Positions 35,160 to 52,651 of a stretch of DNA of 64,000 nt are shown here, in pieces. The DNA is from the human T2T-CHM13v2.0 reference genome, Homo sapiens. The first letter of the stretch is position 1. The number at the start of each line of letters is the position of its first letter. The DNA is taken from assembly GCF_009914755.1 (NCBI RefSeq), contig NC_060927.1. One strand, written 5' to 3'. The position numbers and the translations under genes were made by a program. The notes under the pieces were generated by a model that saw nothing but the letters and a program-made list of their open reading frames with translations, was not told the DNA's origin and did no database searches.

Positions 35160-35169
35160 TCATCCTTAT

Positions 35170-35598
35170 CTCAGCCAGCTGATTGCATTTCTTGTCAGAT
35201 CTGTTTCCAGGCAACGTCTGGTACTAATGGGTGAGAGTCCAGTTTATTCTTCCATGCCCTGCCACCTCTGTGCAAGGCGTTGTAAGTGTAGGAACTCATC
35301 CAGACAGTAAACTCTGATCTCTCGCCATTCAACAGGGTCCGGTTGTATCACCTTAGTCTTCATAAGCAGTGTTTGGATACCCTCTAGTGGATAAGTGAAG
35401 ATGGTCGCCATGCTTGCTAAACAGAAGGGCTCCGAACCTGGGATGAGAGTGGAGGTGACTGGCTTGAAGAGCCCCTGTGACTCTGGAAAGCAAATGTAGG
35501 GAGAGGTCAGTTTGAGGATAATGTAACTCCTTGATGCTCCAGGAAAGAGGTATACTCTTCCGTTGTATAATCTTCTCTGGCTTGATATATTTAATAAC
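35170..35598 (-). pseudogene. Putative decayed exon of the antisense gene, with an apparently mutated donor
   Basis: gttttccaaatcag| acceptor. Two long overlapping open frames (track ORFs 35244..35627 and 35353..35637). Ends AG|ataagg, one base from gtaagg. Confidence 0.45.
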
Positions 35599-36275
35599 CT
35601 GATTTGGAAAACAGGTAACAAAAACATCAGTACACATATATGTGCATGTGTGTATATTTCCTAGTGCAGAGAGTGTGTGTGGTTGTAAACAGGAATTGGC
35701 AAACTTTTTCTATAAAGGGCCAGATAGTAAATATTTCAGGCTATGTAGCCAGGAGGCCACATATTCTGTTGTAGTGTGAAAACAGCCATAGATAATACAT
35801 TCATGAATAAGCATGGCTGTGTTCATTGACTATACAAAACAGACAGTGAGCCGCATGTGGCCCTGGGCCAAAGTTTGCCAACCCCTGGTGAAAAAGAAAG
35901 AACTGAATTGTGTTTGTCTCTTGCACTAGATGGCGAATTCCTCCTGTGCAGGGACCCAAGCCTCATTCACCTTTGTACCCTGGGCACTCAGTATTGTGCC
36001 TACCATGTGGCAGGTGCCCATAGCCTATTTACTGACTCAATATGGCTCCTGTGTCAAACTCTGTAATATATCACCTTTCTTGCAAGATTTCTTGGAATTC
36101 ATTGAATTAAGAGCAGCATGCTCTCTAACTTAGATGTTTAAGCCATCAGAGCAAATAGGATTAGTTGCCATCCTGTTTTCCATGTACTTGTCCTTCACCA
36201 AGATGCCATGTGAAAGACCAGCACTTCAAAAGGCCTTGTCGTGATCAGCCCTGTTCAGCCTGAAGATGGCACTAC

Positions 36276-36438
36276 CTAGTGGCCCAACAGTGGTGGGCAG
36301 CTGCCGGGCATCTTGTTTTGCAGACGTGACAGTGGATTTGCATAGAGGCTTCTGTTGCCTTTACTAGAATCTCCATATGCCCAGAACCTTGCACGTGAGA
36401 AGGGACTGGCTGGTGGCATTCCAGGTAATGTCCTATCC
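36276..36438 (-). pseudogene. Putative decayed exon of the antisense gene
   Basis: gtgttcttag| acceptor and |gtagtg donor, 163 nt. A phase-2 entry reads DRTLPGMPPASPFSRARFWAYGDSSKGNRSLYANPLSRLQNKMPGSCPPLLGH*. A second frame is also open. Confidence 0.35.
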
Positions 36439-36650
36439 CTAAGAACACGGCAGGAGCCAGCTTCTCTGTCTCAAACACCAGCCTATTCCTCTAAGGCAGG
36501 CTTATGGTCTGCCAAACTGCTCTTTTTTTTAAGGTATTAATCACAATAGCAACTATCCTTTGTAGAGTATATTGTCTTATGTGGATTTTAGAAAATATGT
36601 ATTATCTCTATTTATTGATGAAGAAACTGAGGCACAGAAGAGTTAAATTA

Positions 36651-36989
<339 letters not shown>

Positions 36990-37064
36990 CTTGGACTAAG
37001 TTTTTTAACTCACTGTGCCTTGGTTTTCCTATCTATAAAATCATCATGATAAAACCTATTTTAA

Positions 37065-37382
<318 letters not shown>

Positions 37383-38790
37383 CTAGCTGTGTGGGTCAAA
37401 TGAGGTAAGGTACAAGAAGTGTTTCCTTATTCCATAGTAGATATTATACTGTTACCAGGGGCTTGGGTACATAGGTCCTCGATAAATATTGGTTGAATAG
37501 ATGAAAGCAATTTGCCTAGTCACACAGGTGGTAAGAATTCAAAGCCCAGCTCTTCCTACCAGGCCAGATGGCCTTGATTATACCATTTAACCAAACAGGA
37601 ACAGGGGCATGCTAACCATGGTATTGAGGTGGACCGTGTGGCATTCAGGTGTCCACACAGGGCAGGGAAGACAGAGCTTCAGGGTTACACATTCACAGTT
37701 CACTTAGCCTGACATCGTGTTGGCATTATTACTCATGAGAGAGCTCTCAAGCTCAGTCCATACATGCAGGGAGCTGGAAGTAGACTTCTTGGCTCCACAC
37801 AAGTGTAAAAAGCTTCAGTTACAGAGAAAAGTAGGTTTTTTACCTGAGAAAGAGGAGAGCTGTTTCTCCTAAGAGCCATTGTAAACCCTGGCAATAATAT
37901 TAGCATAGTAGTAATAATTGACACAGCACCTCGCAAGCACTCTTGTGCATACATTGATTAACTCATTTTGTCCTCCCACACCCTAGGAGGGAAGCCTCTG
38001 TATCCCCATTTTACAGTTGAGGAAACTGAAGCTCAGGTTAGTAACTTGCCCAAGGGCTAATGGAATTCAGGTAGACTGACTCCACAGTAAGGATTTTCCC
38101 CACTAAGCAAACTCTGCCTCTCAGTCTGCTATTACCATGTGCGGTAGTGTCACCTCAGCGAGAGAGGAAGGAGAAGGAAGGAACAGGGAATCAAACAATG
38201 AAGACTATGGGATAAATAAAAGTAGCACCAGATTGGAAGATGCCGCTGAACGCTAGTTCTGCTTTGACCCCTGACTAGCTCCATGACCCTAGGCTGGTTG
38301 CTTCTGAATGTGTCCTGGACTTCTCTTCATTTGTAAGCATCTCTTCATCTGTGAAATGAGTTAATCAATCCAACACTAACATTCTCTGGCCTTCAAACCA
38401 CTATGGGATAAGTCTTGCCTTTAAGAAAAGGTGCCATCCTTGGAGACTGCTGTCTGATGCCAGGCCTCCTTTGCAAGTGGATTTCCACCTGCAAAGTCTT
38501 CATGTGTCAAGTCAAGACCTGCAAAGACCCATGTCACCAGCTGGGGTGTCTGTCTCAGAGATTTGGCATTCCTCCCACCACCCAAATTTTGCCTGGCTAA
38601 CTCTCATTCACCTATTTGTCTCTCACTTCCTCTGACCTTCCAGACTTGGTTGGGTCCTTGTGCTTTGCATTCTTGTATCACCATAGTTTCTTTTCATAGG
38701 ATTTATTACAGCTTATAATTAAATGTCAACTGGGGGCAGAGACCATGTCTTTTTTTCCCCATCGTTGCACTGCCATTGAGACCTCAGGTG

Positions 38791-39098
<308 letters not shown>

Positions 39099-39712
39099 CA
39101 AGACCTGAGGTTTTTGAATGAATGAATGTTGCCACATATGTGCCATATTAAATGTACACCAGAAGTAGAACAGCAAGATATGGCGATATTGGTTAGTTCT
39201 CTTCTGGCAGGCCACATAATAGCAAATCTGCAGTCACTATTTCCAATGCCACTTCATTGCAAGGAATTAGTATGATAAATGATTTAAAATCTAATGAGGT
39301 ATTTCAGAGGTATGCTGAGATCTCACCAGAACAATGCAAATCCCCTGAGCTAAGCCAGCTGGGAACAGCTGGTGCTTTACTTCTAGGTTAGCCTAGTTAA
39401 TTGTCAAAAGTTACCTGTTTTCAAGGCTAGAGTACATTTTCAATAATGGTGCTCCTGCCAGTCAAGACTAAAGTCAAAAATAAATCAGCCAACTTATGTC
39501 CTATAGCAATGTAGCATTTCCTGCCCCACCAATAGTGCCTAGAAAACCTGTGTCACAATAATACTCAGTAGGTATTTGAATAAATGACACTTTTTAACAC
39601 TGCCATCAGGTAATTCCTCTGAGCAGCAGAATTGCTGTCACAAAGCTCATAGACACCACAGGGAGTCCTCAGGGACAAACTTATTGTCTTTCTGGATGAT
39701 TTTAAAAATTGT

Positions 39713-40139
<427 letters not shown>

Positions 40140-40156
40140 TTAAAAAAATTTCTTCA

Positions 40157-40462
40157 GGCTGGGCATGGTGGCTCACGCCTGTAATCCTGTAATAGGATTT
40201 GGGAGGCCGAGGTGGGCAGATCACTTGAGCCTAAGAGTTCAAGACCAGCCTGGGCAGCATGGCAAGACCTCGTTTCTACAAGTTAAAAAATTACCTGAGT
40301 GTGGTGGTGTAGTCTCACCTACTTACACTTGTAGTCCCAGCCACTCAGAAGGCTAAGGTAGGAAGATCACCTGAGCCCAGGGAGGTTGAGGCTGCAACGA
40401 GCAGTGATCAAGCCACTGCACTCCAGCCTGGACGACAAAATGAGACCAGTCTCAAAAAACAA
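40157..40462 (+). mobile_element. AluJ (rearranged)
   Basis: Alu body with small internal duplications. Confidence 0.85.
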
Positions 40463-40971
40463 CAATTTTTTTTTTCTTCATAGAAAAACACACATAATCT
40501 GGTACCATTCCAAATAGAAGCAAGCACTTTCCTTCTATAGCACAAGGCAGCAATTGAAATATTTGATGTTTGTGATGACGCTGGGTCATCAAAAGGTTTA
40601 GCTGTGTTAGTAATACTGTATTTAATTTTGAAAAGGAGGTACAGAAAATATATTTAATTGAGCTCATTAACTTATTGTTCACAGGAGAGGTTGGAAAAGA
40701 AACCTTAGGTCATTAAAAAAGTAGAAACTTTTAGCTCCATAAAAGATATCCATCATCTATCAAAAACCAACAACACATATAAAAATGTAAAACATTAAAA
40801 TGATAAAACAGAATAAAATAAGGATTGCCACCATCACTTGTGTTCTGGAAGACGGTTCTGGAGATTTAAGCCAATGCAATAATTCAGGAAAAAGAAACAG
40901 GTGATATAAATATTGGAAAGGACCAAAGCTGCTGTTACTGCAGATGGCTTAGCCAGAAAATTCTAGAAATC

Positions 40972-41274
<303 letters not shown>

Positions 41275-41489
41275 ATTCTAGAAATCAGCTGACATCAGTA
41301 GGGTGGTCAAATACCTGTAGACCCAAAAGGCTTGTGAAAAACAGAAGTTCTTACTCCCATAACTCCCCATGTTTCTCCTCAGAGACAGCTACTCCGGCTT
41401 TACCCGTATCTATAGTTATAAATAATATGTGAGCTGTCATCTTCTGATTCAATTCTACATGTTAACTAGTCACTTCTTGTTACCTTCTC

Positions 41490-42241
<752 letters not shown>

Positions 42242-42393
42242 TAAGTCAATATTCTGTGTTTATTATCCTTACATAAATATTATTTAGAGCTGAGTGTTGT
42301 AGTGAACAATGATTTCTTTTGATTTTTACTAAGGTTAATAATAGAGTGGGTTTGTTTTGTTTTGTTTTTTGGTTTTTGGTTTTTTTTGCTTAG

Positions 42394-42670
42394 GTTTTTT
42401 TTTTTTTTGGCGTTAGTTCTCTCTTTATAGACACTCTGTTTCTAGAAACAACTCGCCTGCAGCTGGCTGGCTGGACCAGCACACGCTGACGGGGCTGGAC
42501 TATTTACAGGCCTATTGTGGGCTGTACTTTGGCCACCCCCCGGCACAGCACTCAACTGTGACAATAAAATAAGTTAGGTCCAGCCGGGCAGGGCTTGGAG
42601 GGGGCAGGGACGGGGGCTTTACACACAAGTGCTGGGGGGCTTGGGGCCTCAGTACTCTCAAGGGCCGGGC
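42394..42670 (-). pseudogene. 5'-truncated retrocopy of a GC-rich mRNA 3' UTR (parent not identified)
   Basis: GC-rich ~260-bp island in AT-rich L1-like DNA. On the minus strand it ends ...gtcTATAAAgagagaactaacgcc followed by poly(A). Confidence 0.65.
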
Positions 42671-43627
42671 TTTGTAGCTAATTTTGTCTCACATTTTTTC
42701 CAATTGCCTCTCAGTGAAGTTTCCCACAAGGCCAATCACGTCACATAATCAGAGTTCCCATTTTTATCTTGGATGTATTTCTCCTGGGGCCCTCCCTTCA
42801 CTGTCATCTGTGGAATTCCTTTTGCCTTTCTGTTGGGTTGAATTCCTTGTTTTCTTATCTTCCTTATTGTCCTCTTTCTTGCTTTCCTCCCACATTGTGA
42901 TGGAGAAGTTCCCTAACAGCTTCAATCGATAAAAAGAAAGTAAAATGACATCAGGCATGGTGATGAGAGCCTTTAACGTGGCTTGGCTGTCTTTCGAGTC
43001 ACTCTGTTCCAGTCTGGTTACCTTCTATGTCTGAGGCATCTGTCATGCTTGGATTTCCCTTCATCCTGGGGATGACCTTCACCTCTCTCTGTAGTTCTCT
43101 TGTTGGTTTATTCCATGTTGCCTTTTTTAAAGTTTATGCTCTCCTTTTGGTGAGTCATGTCCTTCAGTAGATTCCTAAGAAAGGGTGCATGGAAGGTAAA
43201 TTTTTCAGATATTACATATCTGAAAAAAATATATTCTCCACTTGCCCTTCATTGATAATTTTTGCCAAGTAATTTCTAGATCAAAAATAATTTTCTTTCA
43301 GTAATTTGAAATCATTGGTCATTGTCTTCTAACATTCTATTTACTTTTAGAAAAGATTAAAAACCATTCTTGTTTCTGCCTCTTTTATTAGGCAACCTGT
43401 TTGTTCTCTGGTGGTTTAAAGAACCTTCTCTTTGTACCTGATGATCTGAAACTTCATGATGTACCTTGATTTGGGTCTATTTCATCCACTGTGCTGGGTA
43501 CTTAGAGGAGTCCTTTTATGTAGAAATTCACATCCAGAAATTCTGAGTTTTCTTGAGTTATCTGATTTGAGTTTTCTTGAGTAGCTGATTTCTTTCCCTC
43601 CATTTTCTTCACTCTCTCTTCCTGGAA

Positions 43628-43907
43628 CTTTTTTTTTTTTTTTTTTTTTTGGAGACAAGATCTGACTCTGATCTCAGCTCACTACAGCCTTGACCTCCTA
43701 GGCTCAAGCAATCCTCCTACCTCAGCCTCCCAAGTAGCTAGGACTACAGGCACGTGCCATCACACCCAGCTAATTTTTGTATTTTTTTGGTAGAGATGGG
43801 GTTTTGCCATGTTACCCAGGCTGGTTTTGAACTCCTGGGCTCAAGCAGTCCATCCACCTCGGCCTCCCAAAGTGCTGTGATTACAGACATGAGCCACCTC
43901 TTCTGGC
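43628..43907 (-). mobile_element. AluJ with an internal deletion, inside an old antisense L1M remnant (about 43100-44500)
   Basis: Alu body lacking part of its 3' end, with T-rich L1-like flanks. Confidence 0.8.
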
Positions 43908-44632
43908 CCCTGGAACCTACTAATCAGATGTTTGACCTTCTGAACCCATCCTCTAACTTTTTTACTTTATCTCACCTGTTTTTTTCTTTTCGTTGTTTTT
44001 ATCTTTTCTAGGTTTTCTCGATTTTATCATGCAGCATTTCTATTGATTTTTAATTTCTACTATTCCATTTTTAATTTAAAAAACTATTTTTGTTTTGAAG
44101 GACTATTTTTATGTCCTTCTTGCAACCTCCTGTTTCTTTATCACTTTTGTAATATCTTTTCTCTCTAAGATACTGATGATTTTGGGGTGGGAAATGTTTT
44201 CTTCTACCCCTTCAAAGTTACTTTCTTCCAGTTTGTTTTTTGGTTTTTGCTCTCTGCCCTGTTATATAGGCTTTGCTTTCTTCATAGATCCAATAATCTT
44301 GGTTATCTGCCTATGCTTTAAGAGTGCAAAGCTCTCTGGATGCTCTGAGCATGTGGATGGGGCTTATGAACCTTGAACTTCATTGAAGATTGACCTGGCT
44401 GGGCTGTGTGTTGGGGAATCCCCAAAGTCAGTATCTTTGTCTTTTTTCTTATGCTAATGAAGACCTGGCTGCCAGTATTCTTAGAACCAAGCAGAGGGAA
44501 AGGTTAGGGATTGGACAGATGAGGAAGTCTTCATACTGAATACTTAGTCATTTAAGGCCTTTGTTTCCACTATAATGTTCAGACCTTCAACTGTGCGCCT
44601 CAATCCAGAGACTGTTTCGTTTTACCTTATTT

Positions 44633-45175
44633 ACAGTGTTTCTCAATCAGAAGTAATTTTGCCTCCCAGAGAACAATTGGCAATATCCAGAGACATTTTT
44701 GATTGCCATTAAGAGTGGGGAGGTGGAGCACAGCTGCTGGCATCAAGTACGTAGAGGACAGGGAAGCTGCTATACACATCCTACAGTGTACAGTGCACAG
44801 GGCAGCACTCCAGATCAATAATTTTATTGGCCAGGCCAGGCCCGGTGGCTCACACCTGTAATCCCAGCACTTTAGGAGGCCAAGGCAGGCAGATCACTGG
44901 AGGTCAGGAGTTCGAGACCAGCCTGGCCAACATGGTGAAACCCCATCTCTACTAAAAATACAAAAATTAGCTGGGTGTGGTGGCGCACGCTTGTAATCCC
45001 AGCTACTCAGGAGGCTGAGGCAGGAGAATCACTTGAACCTGGGAGACGGAGGTTGCAGTGAGCCAAGATCGCAGCACTGTACTCTAGCCTGAGTGACAGA
45101 GCAAGACTTTGTCTCAAAAAAAAAAGAATCTTATTGGCACAAAATGTCAATATGCCTGAGGTTGAGGAATCCTAA
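44633..45175. mobile_element. MER20 interrupted by an AluS (44828-45125, plus)
   Basis: cagtgtttctcaa...agacatttttgattgcca...aaaatgtcaata...gaggttgag. Confidence 0.82.
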
Positions 45176-45409
45176 TCTAGAGAATAAACTTTCACACTAA
45201 TGACAGAAGTGGGGCAATCACCCAGCAGCTTGCAGTAGAGCAAAGGGTAAGGACTTAGCGACTTTCAAACAGCTTCCCACCAATCCTCCTTATTTTAGCC
45301 GCTCCTCTCCCACCCCCAACCTTTGCTTCCTGTCCTAGAGCTACCTGAGTCTTTTTAGACTTTGCAGTGAAGTTGGTTTGTTTCTTGACTTACCTGTTAA
45401 CCACCTTAG

Positions 45410-46065
<656 letters not shown>

Positions 46066-46529
46066 TCTGTTCTAAGCTTCTAAAAATGTTACTGTTGTCT
46101 CTTTTCCTATTCAAACCATCCTCTTGAAAATTTTAGAAGGGTTTTTGGAGGGAGCAAAATTAGGTGTTCAGTCTGATATACTTTCCAATAATGCTAAAAT
46201 ACATGAAATACATGTTGAAGCTACAGTCATTGGCACTGACACAGCAGATGAACATGGGTGAATGGAATTGAATAAAGATTCCGGAAACTGCCACAATATA
46301 TTGGAAGACACTGAAGACACTGATAAGTGATATTGGGTCAATTGTCTATCTGCTAGAAAAAAATAAAATTTGCCTTTCTTTACCCCATATATAGAACTCA
46401 ATGCTAGTGGATTAAAGATGTAAGCATATATACAAAACTACAAAAATACAGGAGAATGTTTTTATAATCTTCTGTTGAGAATGACCTTGCTAAGAAGGTA
46501 AAAATAAAAGAGTTAAAGAAAACCAATTA

Positions 46530-46867
<338 letters not shown>

Positions 46868-46985
46868 CTATGACTTTGAAAAATAAAACTGGGTGGGGAA
46901 AATATTTGCCACATATATAGTTGGTTACCATCTCTCTTATGTAAAGATCTCTACAAATCAGAAAGTGACTTTTAAAAATCTATCA

Positions 46986-47332
<347 letters not shown>

Positions 47333-47459
47333 CTATCAAGAAATAAGAGGAGAACTCTAAGTGGTTGATAAGCATTATAAGCATTCAAAAAAATGCTCTA
47401 CTGTCCTCGACACTGATGAAGAAAAATGCAAATTAAAGTAGAAACAAGATGCTATTCAT

Positions 47460-47630
47460 CAGTGGTTCTTCATGTGTAGTCCCTGAGCCAGCAGCATCAG
47501 CATCACCTGAGAACTTGTTAGAAGTGCAGATTCTCAGGTCCATCCTAGACCTGAATCACAGGCAAGCGGTAGGCCTAGCCATTTGGTTCAACAAGCCCTC
47601 CAGGTGATTCTGATGGTCAAATTTGAGAAA
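47460..47630. mobile_element. MER5A
   Basis: cagtggttct...cagcagcatcagcatcacctgagaacttgttagaa. Confidence 0.8.
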
Positions 47631-48082
47631 TCAGAGGAAAGAAGGAACTACCTTCGGTATTGCAGATGACTCTCACAGTATTGAGCAACAGATGTCAGAC
47701 ATAAGACTGAATACTACAGGGTCCATTTATATGAAGATCAAAAGCAGAAACTAATCTAGGATGATAGAGATCAGGGCAATTGTCACCCTTAGAGGAGAGG
47801 AGTAACTAGAAATGGGGATAAGGTTTTCAGGTGCTGGCAGTGTTGTGTTTCTTGATTTGGATGCTGGTTACACAGGTTTGTTCAGTTAGTGAAACTTCCC
47901 CAAGCTGTTCACTTAGGATTTGTGTACTTTTCTTTATACTGTATTTCAATACAGCAGTGAAAGTTAAAAACATAGGTTCTGTTTTTTTTTTTTAATCAGG
48001 TTTTTAGCCATTTAAAACATAGAAATTTAGTCTGGTGAAGGTGCAAAAGCATGCATATACTGATAACAGAGTAAACTAAGGT

Positions 48083-48397
48083 TTTTTGTTTGTTTGTGTT
48101 TTTGAGACAGAGTCTCGCTCTGCACCCAGGCTCTGCGCCTGTGCTGGAGTATAGTGGTGCAATCTCAGCTCACTGCAACCTCCACTTTCCCAGTTCAAGC
48201 TATTCTCCTGCCTCAGCCTCCCTAGTAGCTGGGATTACAGGCATGCACCACCATGCCCAGCTAATTTTTGTATTCTTAGTGGAGATGGGGTTTTACCATG
48301 TTAGCCAGGCTTGTCTCAAGCTCCTGGCCTCAAGTGATCCGCCTGCCTCAGCCGCCCAAAATGCTGGGATTATAGGCGTGAGCAGCTGTGCCTGGTC
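48083..48397 (-). mobile_element. AluS
   Basis: Alu body with a short insertion. Confidence 0.88.
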
Positions 48398-48838
48398 AGT
48401 AAATTAGTACAAGCTTTTGCTGAACAATTTGGTAGTACCTCTAAAGCTTAAAATGTGTATTCTAGAAATTTTCCTCCTAGAAGTCTGTCCTGGAATTCAG
48501 GTATACAAAGGCATAGGTTATAAAAATGTTTCTGAGCATTTTTGTACAAACATAAAGAAGACAACCTAAATTTCTATCAGTAGGGGATTGGTTACATGAA
48601 TTATGGAAGACTGAGCAACTGTTAAAATTGGCAGAGATGCATGTGTAGTAGTGTGGAAGGTTGTCCTCCATGGTATTACTGACTGAAAGAAGCAAGTTAT
48701 AGACTCTGTGAACAGAGTGATCCATATTTATAAGGAAGAAAGAGAAAGATGTGCAGGCGGTGGTTATAAATGCAAGGAAAGAGGCCAGAAAGGGTAAATA
48801 CAAAATTGTTTATGTTGGTTTTTCTTGAATTTTTATAA

Positions 48839-49187
<349 letters not shown>

Positions 49188-49447
49188 TCTCTGTGTTAAT
49201 TTTTTACCTGCATTTATCACTGAAATGTTTTATAAGTCTTAGTTTTGCCATTAAAAAAAAAAGTCTTAGCCTAAAAAAAAAATGCTTATCAGGGAAAACA
49301 AACAGTATTTTTGTAGTCTAAGCAAATAAAGATTCAGGTTTATCTTAAACACAAAGCAAAAGATGAGTAACATTTTTGAAGACTGGTTTTTATCAGTAGT
49401 GGTTATAGTGGAGACAAAAGGTTTGCTTCTTGATATATTTCAGTTAC

Positions 49448-49855
49448 CTAGGAAATTCACTTGGGTAGAACAATTCTTTTCTTGACAGAGACATTCTTTT
49501 TACTTTGTTTGCTTGTGAGGTCATGGGTCAAGTATTCCCGTTCTTTGAAAGACGGCTCAGTTAACAATATTGTGCCTTTGTGTAAAAGACGACCACAGCC
49601 AGCAAACTAGACAATGCAGACCTGGACAGCAGGCTTCACTCGCGTTAATAATGAAAAACGTTTTTGCATTCAGAGCCAAGAACTGTGAGTTGAGCCTGTT
49701 TAGCTGGATACAGACTTGTGATGGAAACTCTTAAGCCCTTGTGATCACACAGAGAGACACTATCAACACATCTACAGTGCCTCTTCACTCACTGTTATGT
49801 TTCCTATGTGAATCATCCACAAAGGGCCGTTCTGACCCTATCTCAGTCAAGAAGC
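49448..49855 (-). pseudogene. Putative decayed exon of the antisense gene
   Basis: catttcag| acceptor after a 90-nt GT-AG gap and TAG|gtaact donor. The 3' part reads FAGCGRLLHKGTILLTEPSFKEREYLTHDLTSKQSKRMSLSRKELFYPSEFP and ends in phase 2. Confidence 0.45.
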
Positions 49856-49945
49856 CTGAAATGTTTCAGACGCTGCCATGCTGCATTACATCTATTACCA
49901 GTCTTACTGATCCAACAGAATGTCAAATACATGTGTATAGATTAC

Positions 49946-50330
49946 CTGTCAGAGTCAATTCGGGCCAAAAACCTCATTAGTGTGAGGCTTAGCACTTTCT
50001 GGAATTATATCCCATTTTGTGTATCTTCACTTTCAGTAAGTGTTGTTGCCACGGATGTAAACACAAAAGCACATCTCCATTAAGCATCTTGTCTCTGGAA
50101 TTCATATACTAACATCAAGCAGATAAAAGAATGTTGATGCTCAACTCTAAAGAGCAGAAACAGCAACATTTAGAGTCTTAGCTGCTCCCTGGCACAGGCA
50201 CCAAAACTGTACCAGGAAAGTGGCTTCTCTCGGGAAGCAGTTTAACATGTCCCTTGGAAACCTGTCTGATGGCTTCAAGATCTTCACAGGAAGTCTTCTT
50301 AAAGAAGGGCCTGAAGTCTCTCTTCAACAT
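49946..50330 (-). pseudogene. Putative decayed coding segment(s) of an unidentified antisense gene
   Basis: ATG at 50330 reads MLKRDFRPFFKKTSCEDLEAIRQVSKGHVKLLPERSHFP. The same frame later reads DKMLNGDVLLCLHPWQQHLLKVK with intervening stops. Ends at a CAG|gtaatc donor. Internal exon structure and frame are ambiguous. Confidence 0.45.
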
Positions 50331-50439
50331 CTACTTCTTCTAATCCCTATTTGAAGGTCCCCACCTACCTCAGACTGAGTAGGTTGAAAATTCAACTCAT
50401 GAACAACACTCCTTTAGCCTGTTCCTCTTCCATTGTTCC

Positions 50440-51260
50440 AACAGAACAAGTCCAACCCTGATCTACTCCAGAAATCTTTCTAGATACCTGGAGATCATTC
50501 CATTGTATCCGCTCCCTTCTCCTCCCCCAACCCCATGTCTAATCCATTAAAGTACCATCTGCTGAAATTTGTCTTGAATTTACTCACTTCTCGATATTCA
50601 CTGCCACCATATTGGTCTTGAAGACTTCATATTCTTCCACTTGGATTATTGCACGCTCTCTAAATTTGTCTCCACACCACTGCTCCCCCTTTCCCCTCCA
50701 CATGTCCATTCTCTACCTGCAGCCAGAGTGGCTTTATAAAAAAATCTAGCCTAATCTTAACATTCTCTTGCTTAAAACTCTCCCACTGCCCTTCGGATAA
50801 AGCACAAAATCCCTAGGCCTCCTGGGCTCATATCATCTGACCTTCCCCAGCTCTCTAACACTTTGCACCAATATCCTAACTTACTACACATTCTTACAGG
50901 TTCTAGAAGGTAGCAGAGCCCTTCCCACCTTCAGACCTTTGCCCACGCTGTGTCCTCTGCCTATAATGTTGCCTTCCTGCTTCTGTCTCGCTAGTGCTTT
51001 CAGCCTTCTGGTTATTCTTCAGCCTGGACTTCTCCGATGCTTCCTGTGCCTGCCAGCAAGGTCATTTCCCCCATCATAGACCCTTATCATACCGTTTACC
51101 TTCTTCATAACATTTGCCACAGTTGTAATCGGTCAGGTATTTCCCTCCACTAGACTTTAGTGCTCTACAAGCAGGATATGTACAATTTGTATACCACTGT
51201 CCTTGGGGCCTGATAGCAGGAAGCCCAGATATTGTAGGTGCTCCCGTGTTAAACAAATAA
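50440..51260 (+). mobile_element. L2 3' remnant
   Basis: gcagccagagtg...cttgcttaaaactctc...gacctttgcccacgctgt...gtaggtgctc motifs. Confidence 0.7.
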
Positions 51261-52059
51261 AGGAAATCTGTCTTCCGAGCCTCTTGATTAGAGTTACTTT
51301 AGTATTTTGATTCATATACCACAAAGAAAGCTAAACCAGAAATGAAATTCTTTGTCCTGAGTCACACAGCGAGCCAGGACTTGCAGGGCTAGAGCCCACC
51401 CTGGACTCCTGTTGCTGTGTCCTGGGCATGTGGTTCACATCTCAACTTTTTTGTGACTTAGGAATAAAGTCCACCTGGAAGGTGCTAGAATGTGAGTGCA
51501 TACCTTGCTCTAGCCTTCCTTTGTCCAGGACTCAAGACACCTACAGTTTAGGTCAGTTTCCTTTTGCTTGATGAAGTCTTCCTTTAGTCAATGAGTAGTG
51601 TTACTTTGGCTTTGGGTATGGTCTTACTTGTCAGCAGTTGGATGACTATTGCTAGGGTAAATGCACAACGTGTGGTAAAATACTGAGTGTCCACATCTGG
51701 ACTGGGCCGCTGTTCATTCTCTCTTCTGAAAGCTGTCTCAGACCACATGTTACTGGCCATCTGTGAGAAGAGCAGGGAATGCCCAGAGGTTCGTCCCTTG
51801 AAAGCAGATCAGCTCCAGGGACCACCTCCAAGTACACCTGCAGTCTCATTTCCTTGACAAATACCAGCCTGGGAGCAAATTCCAGCCATGGATGTTGTTT
51901 CTCACCAAGTGGTGTTTTAAAACCCCTGATTAGTACTAATATTTAAAATCAAGATTATTATGTACAAGCTTGAGTTTCTGTGTTCTCCTGGGATGAAGAA
52001 GACCTGGCAAAACCAGCCCACAACTATCAGCTAGAGCTGAATTTTAAGAGAACCCCCTA

Positions 52060-52367
<308 letters not shown>

Positions 52368-52477
52368 GTTGTAATTGACATTCTGTATAATTATTTTTTT
52401 TTCTTTGTCCCTCCTTCCTTCTTTTTCTTTATCTTCTACTGTCCCCTCCTCTCTCCACTGCTTCTACCACTTTACAG

Positions 52478-52651
52478 GTTCTGGGGCTGCTGGTATGGAC
52501 GCTTATTGCTGGAACTGAGTACTTCCGGGTCCCCGCATTTGGCTGGGTCATGTTTGTAGCTGTATTTTACTGGGTCCTCACCGTCTTCTTCCTCATTATC
52601 TACATAACAATGACCTACACCAGGATTCCCCAGGTGCCCTGGACAACAGTG
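52478..52651 (+). CDS. CMTM8: CMTM8 internal coding exon (exon 2), 58 codons, MARVEL-domain transmembrane segments
   Basis: Polypyrimidine tract plus tttacag|GTT acceptor and GTG|gtaagg donor. 174 nt, phase 0/0. Translates VLGLLVWTLIAGTEYFRVPAFGWVMFVAVFYWVLTVFFLIIYITMTYTRIPQVPWTTV, recognised as CMTM8. Confidence 0.96.

Noticed and set aside
35360-35412. ATIFTYPLEGIQTLL, resembling a mitochondrial-carrier PX(D/E)XX(K/R) motif
   Set aside because: It lacks the basic residue and the flanking transmembrane helices, and the reading frame is uncertain.
49800-49990. Loose resemblance of MRFWPELTLTGFLTEIG to the SPATA1 N-terminal region as I recall it
   Set aside because: Too short and dependent on frame choice, so no family is assigned without a profile search.
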